DNA from: Pseudoalteromonas translucida KMM 520
GTDB lineage: Bacteria > Pseudomonadota > Gammaproteobacteria > Enterobacterales > Alteromonadaceae
NCBI RefSeq assembly: GCF_001465295.1
Contig: NZ_CP011034.1
Location: forward strand, 600,001 to 632,000
Direction: 5' to 3'
DNA: 32,000 nt
The position numbers were made by a program, and so were the translations under genes. Position 1 is the first letter of the stretch; each line of letters starts with the position of its first letter. This document shows positions 7,937 through 16,319 of the stretch, in pieces. The notes below the pieces were generated by a model. That model ran no database searches. It was not told where the DNA came from and was given only the letters and a program-made list of their open reading frames with translations.

Positions 7937-8857
7937 TTAAGCTTTATAACCGCCAGCAACGCCTTTAACTGCAATAGCGAGTGCATCGTGTGCATGCAGC
8001 GATTCGTAATGATTTATTTGTAACCAGTAATCACTGTATTGCTGTGTTTCTAGTAGCGCTTTAATTTTACGAGCAGCATCTTCACAAAACATTAAATTTT
8101 GACCATTTAGACGGGCAAACTCTTGCTCATCTTCACGTTTTACTGCGGCTTGTACTGGCGTTTTTAATTCATCTTCAATCGTGTTAATTAAATTAACCAC
8201 GTCAAATTGAGTAATATTACTGTTGAGTTTTACTTTTACATTAGCAATTGAGCGCTGCGAGTGTGGGGTGGCTACAATACCTTGTGTAGTACCTAGCCAT
8301 TCTAGTGCTTCTTTTTGACTGAGGGTTTCTTGATTGAATTTTTCGGCAAATGCATTTTGTATCAGCTGACGCGCCAGTGCCGCTGAACACGGGCAAGTTG
8401 ATGAATAGGTTACATCAACACTTAGCTCGTAACTAATAACACCTTGTTCAATTGTGCTGGTTAATATAACAGGATAGCTTTTCCAGCCAGCTTTACCGCT
8501 TAATAACGATTTACGGCGCAGTGGTAATTCAAATTTAAACTCTATAAGTGCTTTATCACTTAAGCCTTCGTGGCTACTAATAAAAAAATCGAGCGCTTGA
8601 GCCAATGTTTGAGGGTTAACTTGCTGCTCAGTAGAGAGCGTGTCGAGGGCTAAAAATAAGCGCGACATATGAATGCCTTTTGCATCTTCTTTGTGTAAGT
8701 TTACAAAAGCGCGTGCTTTAGCATTAACAGTAACAGGCGTTATGCCATGTGACTCAAAAATAAATGGCAGTTCAATTTCACCCATTCCCACCCAGTCTAA
8801 TGTACCAGTTTGTAAGGCGGGAGCCGTGTTAGCTATATCGGGCATATTAGTTTGCAT
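7937..8857 (-). CDS. folE2: GTP cyclohydrolase I type 2 (FolE2/MptA family)
   Basis: Family-typical segments: GIHMSRLF, STCPCSAALARQ (metal-binding Cys pair), TPHSQRS, and the C-terminal INHYESLHAHDA. The length of 306 aa is typical of FolE2. Confidence 0.85.
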   Translation of the reverse strand: MQTNMPDIANTAPALQTGTLDWVGMGEIELPFIFESHGITPVTVNAKARAFVNLHKEDAKGIHMSRLFLALDTLSTEQQVNPQTLAQALDFFISSHEGLSDKALIEFKFELPLRRKSLLSGKAGWKSYPVILTSTIEQGVISYELSVDVTYSSTCPCSAALARQLIQNAFAEKFNQETLSQKEALEWLGTTQGIVATPHSQRSIANVKVKLNSNITQFDVVNLINTIEDELKTPVQAAVKREDEQEFARLNGQNLMFCEDAARKIKALLETQQYSDYWLQINHYESLHAHDALAIAVKGVAGGYKA

Positions 8858-9078
8858 GGTGTGTTACTCGTTATTAGCAATAATAAAGCGCTGCATTTTA
8901 CACTAAATAATTTATTGCTGGAATGATGAGTTTTAGCCAGCTAATGATTCAAACAATAAATATTAGAGTTTTTATCGCACAACCTGAAAATAGCTGATAG
9001 AAAATGCTAAAATTAACCATAACATGCAATTTAAACCTTTTTTGTAATTAAGCATTTAGCTAAGAGAAACACTGATAT

Positions 9079-11397
9079 ATGACCGATTCCTCTTTGAGCC
9101 CTTGGGCTCGAGTTCTTTCTAGTTTAATAACTCGGTTTGGTGAGTTTAAAACTGCAGCCATTTGCTATGCTTTGTTATTGGCAGTTTCGCTTGTTTTATC
9201 AAGTATGTTTTATTATGTTGCCGTTGGTGAAGTTAATCTTGTTGATATATTGGCAGTGATTTTTTTTACCGCTGTGGTATCGCCGCTGGTTATAAGCGTG
9301 CTAATAAATTCAATTAGGCAACTAGATGCTTCCTATGCATATTTAGACAGTGCGACAAAACAAGAAAAACTACTCAACCAAACATTAAAAGATAATATAA
9401 ACCGCTTAAATGTAGAAATTGATGAGCGTAAAATGGCGTTTCATGCCAAGCACCGCGCAATAGAAGAGCTAAGAAAAGAAATTGCTGAGCGTAAAAAAAC
9501 GCAACAAGAGCTTGCCCAGCAAAGTATGCTACAACGCTCAATAGTAGACTCCTCCCCCGATTTATTTTATTACCGCGACGACAATGGCGTGTTTGCGGGC
9601 TGTAATAAAATGTTTGAAGAAGTAATGGGCAAAACCAGTGACGAATTAATCGGTAAGAGTGCTGAACAAATATTTCCTAATCATTTTTTATCTGAAGTTT
9701 TAAAAACCGATAAACAGGTAGAGCAAACTCACCAAGCATTAACTATAGATGTTCAATACGATGTGGGCGGCGAAACGCGTTGGTTTGAATTGCGTAAATT
9801 GCCATTTATTAACGATAAAGGTAAGTACATAGGTTTACTTGCGTTTGGCCGTGATATTACGAGTCGTAAAGAGGCTGCAGAAGCGCTCGAAACAGCCTAC
9901 AAAGATAAAGGGAAGTTTATTGCCACTTTGAGCCATGAATTGCGTACACCACTTAATGGCATTGTTGGTTTAACACGTATGTTGCTAGATACAGAGCTTA
10001 ATAAACAGCAGCGTAGTTGGTGTAATACGGTGTTTTCGAGTGCTGAAACACTGGGTAATATATTTAACGACATTATAGATTTAGACAAAATAGACAGAGA
10101 GCAGTTAGATATTGCAACTAATGCTATAAACGTATCTGACTTTATAAATGATGTGGTTAACTTTGCAGGCTTAATTGCTGAACAAAAAGATCTTTCTTTT
10201 GATATTAAACGCTTAGGCATGCTAGATATTTATGCGCAACTAGATCCAACCCGACTTCGCCAAGTTGTTTGGAACTTAATAAATAATGCGGTTAAATTTA
10301 CTCATAAGGGCAGTGTAACCCTCACTTGTATTCGTGAAAACCGAGATGATGGCCCTTGGCTTACCATGAAAATATCAGACACCGGAGAGGGCATACCAGC
10401 TGAACAGCTCTCTCGTATTTTTGATATGTATTATAAAGCGCCAGATCTTAAAGGCACCAATGCTATTGGTTCTGGCATTGGCTTAGCAGTAACCAAAGCC
10501 TTAGTTGATGCAATGCAGGGGGTTATTTCGGTTAATAGTATCGAAGGTGAGGGGAGCTGCTTTATAGTAGAAATCCCGCTAAGTTTATGCAGCGCACCCA
10601 CTGAGAATAGTTATGTAGGACGCAGCTTAAATATACTGTTAGTAGAAGATGTGCCGTTAAATGCCGAAATTGCGACTAACTTACTTGAGCAGCGTGGTCA
10701 TGAAGTTATTTGGGCTGAGACCGGCGAAGATGCATTGTCTTTTGTAGAAACTGAAGACGATTTAGATTTGATCTTACTTGATATGCAGTTACCCGATATA
10801 AACGGGGATGAAGTAGCAAGGCAAATAAGAGCCGATAGTCATTTTGATAAATTACCTATTGTAGCGCTTACCGCAAATGTGCGCAGCGCAGAGCAAGAGC
10901 TAGAGGGAATATCAATACAAGGGGCGCTCGCTAAACCTATCAATACGGTAAAACTAGATAAAATATTAGCTGATTTATTTGGTATAAAACAAACAAGAAG
11001 TAATGAGCCACAATTAAAAGTAAGTGCAGCAGCGCTTGCTGATATTAATGCGCATTTACTTGATGTTGAAACCATAGAAGACTTTGTAAATTCAATGGGC
11101 TTGGTGGTATTTAAACGCAGTAGTCAGTTATTTGAAAAACTCAATCCCCAATATCAGCAAGAGTTACTGACCTCGTTAAACTCAGGCGACAGAGAAGAAT
11201 ATAAATCAGTTGCACATAAGCTTAAAGGTGCTGCGGGATCTGTAGGCTTAAATGATGTGCAATTGCATGCAAAAGTGATGGAGTATGGTGCATTGGATGA
11301 ATCTGACGAGGTATTAAAGCAGTGGTTAGATGTTTTAGCAGACAAAATAAATGAAGGACAACATGCCCTTCATTTATTCTTACAGCAATTAGAGTAA
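9079..11397 (+). CDS. arcB: Aerobic respiration control sensor ArcB (tripartite hybrid histidine kinase)
   Basis: Collinear with E. coli ArcB throughout. It has two N-terminal TMs, LKDNINRLNVEIDERK (E. coli LKDNIAQLNQEIAVREK), and PAS segment SSPDLFYYRDDNGVFAGCNKMFE. H-box FIATLSHELRTPLNGIVGLTRMLLDTEL. LGNIFNDIIDLDKIDR. Receiver LLVEDVPLN...LLDMQLPDING. HPt HKLKGAAGSVGL. Confidence 0.9.
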   Translation: MTDSSLSPWARVLSSLITRFGEFKTAAICYALLLAVSLVLSSMFYYVAVGEVNLVDILAVIFFTAVVSPLVISVLINSIRQLDASYAYLDSATKQEKLLNQTLKDNINRLNVEIDERKMAFHAKHRAIEELRKEIAERKKTQQELAQQSMLQRSIVDSSPDLFYYRDDNGVFAGCNKMFEEVMGKTSDELIGKSAEQIFPNHFLSEVLKTDKQVEQTHQALTIDVQYDVGGETRWFELRKLPFINDKGKYIGLLAFGRDITSRKEAAEALETAYKDKGKFIATLSHELRTPLNGIVGLTRMLLDTELNKQQRSWCNTVFSSAETLGNIFNDIIDLDKIDREQLDIATNAINVSDFINDVVNFAGLIAEQKDLSFDIKRLGMLDIYAQLDPTRLRQVVWNLINNAVKFTHKGSVTLTCIRENRDDGPWLTMKISDTGEGIPAEQLSRIFDMYYKAPDLKGTNAIGSGIGLAVTKALVDAMQGVISVNSIEGEGSCFIVEIPLSLCSAPTENSYVGRSLNILLVEDVPLNAEIATNLLEQRGHEVIWAETGEDALSFVETEDDLDLILLDMQLPDINGDEVARQIRADSHFDKLPIVALTANVRSAEQELEGISIQGALAKPINTVKLDKILADLFGIKQTRSNEPQLKVSAAALADINAHLLDVETIEDFVNSMGLVVFKRSSQLFEKLNPQYQQELLTSLNSGDREEYKSVAHKLKGAAGSVGLNDVQLHAKVMEYGALDESDEVLKQWLDVLADKINEGQHALHLFLQQLE

Positions 11398-11401
11398 CTA
11401 A

Positions 11402-12118
11402 TTAGCTGTCTATTTTACCAATGAAGCGATAACCTTCACCATGAATGGTGCTGATCAACTCAGTTGTTGAGTTGTCGCTTTCAAAGTGCTTACGAATACG
11501 ACGAATTGTAACATCAACTGTTCTATCGTTTGCACGTAGCTCACGGCCAGTCATGTGTTTAATTAGTTGCTCACGGCTAAAAATACGACCTGGAGAGTCA
11601 AGCATTAAACGCAGTGCTCTGTATTCGCCTTTAGGTAGACGTTTTGCGTCTCCACCTGGAGAAGTAAGACAGCGACTGTTTTCGTCAAGTTCCCAACCGT
11701 TAAACGTAATTACACCATTTGTTTCAAGTGCAGACTCTTCACCACCTAGGGCAGTACGAGTAATTAAATTACGCGCACGAATAGTTAATTCGCGAGGATT
11801 AAACGGTTTAGTAATATAGTCATCAGCACCAATTTCTAGGCCTAAAATACGATCTACATCATTGTCACGGCCTGTTAAGAAAATAAGACCGACTTTGCGT
11901 TTTTGGCGTAACTCACGTGCTAAAATTAGCCCGTTTTTACCTGGTAGATTGATATCCATAACTACAAGATTGACGTCGTCATTATTTGTAAGCTTATCAT
12001 GCATGTCATCGCCATCAATGGCTTCAATAACTTTGTAACCTTCAGCTTCAAATAAACTAACGAGGTTTAGTCTAGTTACGTCTTCATCCTCTACAATCAG
12101 AATGACTGGCGTTTGCAT
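11402..12118 (-). CDS. arcA: Response regulator ArcA (OmpR family)
   Basis: Near-identical blocks to E. coli ArcA: [87 protein letters not shown]. Confidence 0.95.
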   Translation of the reverse strand: MQTPVILIVEDEDVTRLNLVSLFEAEGYKVIEAIDGDDMHDKLTNNDDVNLVVMDINLPGKNGLILARELRQKRKVGLIFLTGRDNDVDRILGLEIGADDYITKPFNPRELTIRARNLITRTALGGEESALETNGVITFNGWELDENSRCLTSPGGDAKRLPKGEYRALRLMLDSPGRIFSREQLIKHMTGRELRANDRTVDVTIRRIRKHFESDNSTTELISTIHGEGYRFIGKIDS

Positions 12119-12842
12119 TTTTAATTAACCTTTTGGTGTGTTTTATTTATAAAAAAAACCGGTATAGTTTTATAAACCGATTACTAAAAGAGTATAGGAT
12201 TATATCTAATTGTTAACAAGTAAAAACAATTAGAGAAAAACAGCAGGATCCGCACAGCCTACTTAAAAGGTTTAGAGTAAAGCTACTGTTTAATTGATCT
12301 TTAAAATTGGATGCATATTTTGAATTATTAAAGTCAAAGCCATTTCCCTTTAGTAATTGATACATCCATCAATCAGGTAAAGATACTTAAAATAATCAGA
12401 CTAATTCAAAACGAAATTATATCACTTTCCAACCTTTCATCAATGTATGTGATATCTTAAAAGCATTAAAGTTCAGAAAATATTTAACTTTAAGCAGTTA
12501 ATTCACTAAATAAGATAGTTGAATAACGAATGCTCTATTAATGAGGTCATAAAGTTAAAATTCAAGAGCATGCCTATAATTAATCAGTACATTATTTAAG
12601 CTGCAGTATGTTTGGTGAGTGTCGTTTTTACTTTGCCAATAAAAGCTGTTTTACGCTCAGAGCTTACTTGGATATTACTTAACAGGTTTGCCAGCAGATA
12701 GTCGACTTGAAATAGTTCTCGTACCTTATCCTTATTTATTTGTTATAAAAAAGTCAAATACTTTATTTTACTATTACCCTCAATATTCTGACTATTATTA
12801 CTAAGCGATAAAAAATTCAGAAGGGAAATTAATTTTATAAAT

Positions 12843-12871
12843 ATGTTTGAGCACGTGAGGTGCTCAAACAT
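12843..12871 (-). terminator. Hairpin terminator downstream of rsmC
   Basis: 12-bp perfect stem ATGTTTGAGCAC (12843-12854) / GTGCTCAAACAT (12860-12871) with a 5-nt loop. It lies 9 nt after the rsmC stop. The downstream tract on the minus strand is A/T-rich (ATATTTATAAAATT) rather than a clean T-run. Confidence 0.55.
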
Positions 12872-12879
12872 AAGCATTA

Positions 12880-13905
12880 TTAGCTGCTGTAAACGGCAAA
12901 CTTATTATTTTTAAACACTGTGTGATAGTTATCAAATTGTGTTTCTAATATCGGCGGGTATTTTAAAAAGCTATTAGCAACAATATTTAACTTACCGGCT
13001 TTAGTTAGATGCAGTTTAGCATTTGCTAAAAAGGTTTCTGCTACTGTGTAGTCGGTAGCAATACCGGTGTGAAATGGCGGGTTACTAATAATTAGATCGA
13101 ACTTACCTGTAATGTTAGTAAGCCCATCACTTAAGATGGCTTCGCCTTTAATGTTATTAAGCTTAAGGGTTTGCGTTGTTGCATAGATTGCCAAAGCGCT
13201 CACATCACTACAAACAAAGCTTAATGCCGGATTTTTTAGCCCTAAGTAAGTTGCAATTAAGCCCGCGCCACAACCAAAGTCGAGTACAGTACCTTGCTTA
13301 ATAAGCGGAGCGTTTTCGAGTAATATTTTAGTACCAGCATCTAAATTACCGTGATTAAATACCCCAGGAATACTGATAGCGGTAAATTCGCTATCGGCCA
13401 CACTGACCGTAAATGGCTTATGATAATCGCTAATATTAAACTGACTAAGTTGTTTAAGCTCTGCAAATGAATATAAAACACAGTGCTTTGCTGAGTCTAT
13501 TTTATTACTAAAATTAGCTTTATCAGTAAGCTGTTTTTCTATTGATTTAACACCACTCTTATTTTCGCCAACCACCAGTAACTCAGCATCTGCTGTAATT
13601 ACTGCGCGTATATTATCAAGCGCCATAAGCACTTCAGGCTTTGATTTTGGATAGTAAAGAATCACTAAATCAAAGTCGTTACTGCTAATACAGTGATTTA
13701 CACATATATCAACGCCGGGTGTGTTTTTGGCAAATTCGCCATTAGCGTGATTGTAGCTAAAAGCAGTTACTTTACTCTCTGGGTTGCGTTTTTTAAGCTC
13801 GGCTAAAAAGCCATCTTGAACAAAGTTGACCACCAATATAGATTTCCCAACTAACTTTTCGCTGTTGCGAAGTAACAGTAGGCTTGGATTGGTTAATACG
13901 CTCAT
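12880..13905 (-). CDS. rsmC: 16S rRNA (guanine1207-N2)-methyltransferase
   Basis: Collinear with E. coli RsmC: LVILYYPKSKPE, VVGENKSGVKS, LDFGCGAGL (SAM-binding), ISNPPFH. The length is 341 aa against 343 aa in E. coli. Confidence 0.88.
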   Translation of the reverse strand: MSVLTNPSLLLLRNSEKLVGKSILVVNFVQDGFLAELKKRNPESKVTAFSYNHANGEFAKNTPGVDICVNHCISSNDFDLVILYYPKSKPEVLMALDNIRAVITADAELLVVGENKSGVKSIEKQLTDKANFSNKIDSAKHCVLYSFAELKQLSQFNISDYHKPFTVSVADSEFTAISIPGVFNHGNLDAGTKILLENAPLIKQGTVLDFGCGAGLIATYLGLKNPALSFVCSDVSALAIYATTQTLKLNNIKGEAILSDGLTNITGKFDLIISNPPFHTGIATDYTVAETFLANAKLHLTKAGKLNIVANSFLKYPPILETQFDNYHTVFKNNKFAVYSS

Positions 13906-13948
13906 AAATGGCTTTACCTTACAGATTATATAATTTACAGAGTTATGT

Positions 13949-13972
13949 CCTTAACCTAAATGTTGGTTAAGG
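13949..13972 (-). terminator. Weak hairpin between trmB and rsmC (possible terminator or attenuator)
   Basis: 8-bp stem CCTTAACC (13949-13956) / GGTTAAGG (13965-13972). No T-run follows on the minus strand, so termination activity is doubtful. Confidence 0.25.
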
Positions 13973-13994
13973 TATTTATTATCCGAAATACAGA

Positions 13995-14720
13995 CTACTT
14001 AGTGCGCTCAAACATCAAGTCCCACACACCATGACCTAAACGATGGCCGCGTTGTTCAAATTTGGTTAGCGGGCGTAAATCAGGACGTGGTACGTAGTCG
14101 TTTGTTGCAGACTGGTTTTTAAAACCAGGCGCAGCTTGCATTACTTCGAGCATATGCTCAGCGTAATTTTCCCAGTCGGTAGCCATATGAAAAACGCCGC
14201 CCATTTTTAACTGTGAACGTAACTTTTCAACAAACTCGCCTTGTACTATACGGCGTTTATGGTGACGCTTTTTATGCCAAGGATCAGGAAAAAATAATTG
14301 TAAGGTTGTTAAACTTTCATCTGCTATACAATCGGCTAAAACTTCAACCGCATCGTGTTCAAAAATACGCAGATTAGCAATACCCGCTTCATCAGCATCC
14401 ATTAAACAAGCACCAACGCCTGGGCGGTGTACTTCTATACCAATAAAGTTTAAATGCGGGGCATTTTTTGCCATTTCAACCAGTGATTTGCCCATACCAA
14501 AACCAATTTCTAGCACTACATCATTGTTATTGCCAAAAACTTCGCTTAAATCAAGCATGCCATTTTTATGCTCTAAGCCCATTATTGGCCAGCATTTTTC
14601 GATAGCGGCAGCTTGGCCTTTGGTTAAACGACCTTCGCGTTTTACAAAACTACGAATAGTGCGGATATACTTACCTTCTTGCTTTGCTTGCTCAAGATTA
14701 GTGTTACTTGATTCACTCAT
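13995..14720 (-). CDS. trmB: tRNA (guanine46-N7)-methyltransferase
   Basis: LEIGFGMG (SAM motif), [15 protein letters not shown], and a C-terminal [12 protein letters not shown] block typical of TrmB. The length is 241 aa. It is divergent from mutY, as in E. coli. Confidence 0.92.
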   Translation of the reverse strand: MSESSNTNLEQAKQEGKYIRTIRSFVKREGRLTKGQAAAIEKCWPIMGLEHKNGMLDLSEVFGNNNDVVLEIGFGMGKSLVEMAKNAPHLNFIGIEVHRPGVGACLMDADEAGIANLRIFEHDAVEVLADCIADESLTTLQLFFPDPWHKKRHHKRRIVQGEFVEKLRSQLKMGGVFHMATDWENYAEHMLEVMQAAPGFKNQSATNDYVPRPDLRPLTKFEQRGHRLGHGVWDLMFERTK

Positions 14721-14897
14721 ATTATTGGCCTGACAAAAATAACTGGTTTAAAAAATGGTTGCGTATTATCCCTGACCAAGCCATGGATAACAAGCTCTAG
14801 CTGATTTTACTAGGTGTATAGAGGCGCTATAGCTTGATCTTTTCACTAACTGCAATAAACTGAGCCGCCATTGAGCATAAGTAAAAAGTAAACTATT

Positions 14898-15956
14898 TTG
14901 GATTTAAATAAACAGCAGTCTGATTGGTTTTCTAACCAAGTGGTTGATTGGTATCATCTTCATGGTAGAAAAACGCTGCCGTGGCAGTTAGCAAAAACAC
15001 CCTATAAAGTATGGGTGTCTGAAGTGATGTTACAACAAACTCAAGTAGTGACAGTTATCCCTTATTTTGAAAGGTTTATGCAAAGCTTCCCCGATATTAT
15101 TGCTTTAGCTAACGCCGATGAAGATCAGGTGCTGCATCACTGGACTGGTTTAGGGTATTACGCAAGAGCACGTAACTTACATAAAACCGCTAAAATAGTT
15201 CGTGACAAGTATCAGGGGCAGTTTCCTACAACGCTTGAAGAGGTTGTTGATTTACCTGGAATAGGGCGCTCTACAGCCGGTGCTGTGTTATCACTTTCAC
15301 TTGGGCAGCATCACCCCATACTCGATGGTAATGTTAAACGAGTATTGGCCCGTTTTTTTATGGTTGAAGGCTGGTATGGTGTTAAAAAAGTCGAAAGCCA
15401 ACTTTGGCATTTGAGCGAGCAGCTAACGCCTAAAAATAACGTAACTGAGTTTAACCAAGCTATGATGGATTTAGGTTCGAGTTTGTGTTCGCGTAGTCGT
15501 TTTGATTGCCCTGCATGTCCGTTAAGTAGTCGCTGTGGCGCATTTAAAACGCAGCAGGTAAAAACATTCCCACACTCAAAGCCTAAAAAAGCAGTGCCGA
15601 AAAAAAGCTGCCATCAGTTAATTATTAAACATGAAGATAAAGTGCTCATGGAAAAGCGGCCTAACTCAGGAATATGGGGCGGGTTGTTTGGTTTTTTTGA
15701 GTTTAATGAATTGAGTGAACTAGAGGTGTTTATAGCGCAGCAAGGGCTAACAGCTGATTTAGTGGTGCTTGAACCCTTTACTCATATATTTTCGCACTTT
15801 GAACTTACTATTAATCCACATGTGCTAAATGTAGTACAAGTTCCGGATGTAATTAACGACCGACAATTAGTTTGGTACCCATTAGATCAGTCAATTGAAG
15901 TGGGTTTAGCCGCACCAACCAAAAAGTTGGTTAAACAAATTGCACCAATAGGTTAA
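14898..15956 (+). CDS. mutY: A/G-specific adenine DNA glycosylase
   Basis: Collinear with E. coli MutY: [61 protein letters not shown]. [4Fe-4S] cysteines [18 protein letters not shown]-terminal NUDIX-like domain. The only in-frame start near the N-terminus is TTG 14898, so the exact start is uncertain. Confidence 0.9.
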   Translation: MDLNKQQSDWFSNQVVDWYHLHGRKTLPWQLAKTPYKVWVSEVMLQQTQVVTVIPYFERFMQSFPDIIALANADEDQVLHHWTGLGYYARARNLHKTAKIVRDKYQGQFPTTLEEVVDLPGIGRSTAGAVLSLSLGQHHPILDGNVKRVLARFFMVEGWYGVKKVESQLWHLSEQLTPKNNVTEFNQAMMDLGSSLCSRSRFDCPACPLSSRCGAFKTQQVKTFPHSKPKKAVPKKSCHQLIIKHEDKVLMEKRPNSGIWGGLFGFFEFNELSELEVFIAQQGLTADLVVLEPFTHIFSHFELTINPHVLNVVQVPDVINDRQLVWYPLDQSIEVGLAAPTKKLVKQIAPIG

Positions 15957-15990
15957 ACTTGTTTATAACTATCGCTAAAGAGAATTAATT

Positions 15991-16263
15991 ATGGCACGTA
16001 CAGTATTTTGTCAAAAGTTACAAAAAGAAGCTGAAGGGCTTGGATTTCAATTATATCCTGGCGAAATAGGCGAAAGAATCTTTAACAATATCTCTAAAGA
16101 GGCTTGGGCGCAGTGGCAGCACAAGCAAACGATGCTGATTAACGAAAAGCATTTAAATATGATGGACCCAGAGCATCGTAGTTTTTTAGAGCAGCAAATG
16201 GTTGGTTTTTTGTTTGAAAACAAAGAAGTAGAAATTGAAGGCTACAAACCACCAGAAAAATAA
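15991..16263 (+). CDS. yggX: Fe(2+)-trafficking / oxidative-damage protection protein YggX
   Basis: [26 protein letters not shown]...ISKEAW.QW...[11 protein letters not shown] is the conserved YggX sequence. The length is 90 aa. It lies immediately downstream of mutY, as in E. coli. Confidence 0.92.
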   Translation: MARTVFCQKLQKEAEGLGFQLYPGEIGERIFNNISKEAWAQWQHKQTMLINEKHLNMMDPEHRSFLEQQMVGFLFENKEVEIEGYKPPEK

Positions 16264-16280
16264 TTGTTATGTGGTATAAA

Positions 16281-16306
16281 AAAAAGGGCTAAATAGCCCT
16301 TTTTTA
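16281..16306. terminator. Bidirectional rho-independent terminator between yggX (+) and the hybrid kinase gene (-)
   Basis: AAAAAAAA-AGGGCT-AAAT-AGCCCT-TTTTTT (stem 16285-16290 / 16295-16300). An A-run precedes it and a T-run follows. Confidence 0.8.
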
Positions 16307-16319
16307 TTACTTAAATTAA

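Noticed and set aside
8858-8925. Possible Zur/Fur-type operator upstream of folE2 (TTATTAGCAATAA at about 8872-8884 and AATAATTTATT at about 8907-8917)
   Set aside because: folE2 is Zur-regulated in some bacteria. However, these AT-rich palindromes do not match the GTTATA-N-TATAAC Zur core, and the first lies between the ATG and where a promoter would be. It cannot be distinguished from background AT-richness.
11445-11819. 124-aa + strand ORF
   Set aside because: It lies entirely antisense within arcA, whose product is near-identical in blocks to E. coli ArcA.
12151-12180. Terminator-like T9 run with a small hairpin about 35 nt upstream of the arcA ATG (minus strand: TCGGT-N12-ACCGG-TTTTTTTT)
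   Set aside because: The stem is only 5 bp and includes a G-U pair, with a 12-nt loop. That is too weak to call an attenuator or terminator. It is more likely just an AT-rich 5' UTR.
12357-12372. FNR box upstream of arcA (TTGATacatccATCAA)
   Set aside because: The half-sites match, but the spacer is 6 nt rather than the canonical 4 nt of FNR sites. It is kept only as a candidate palindrome in the arcA upstream finding and is not called as a feature.
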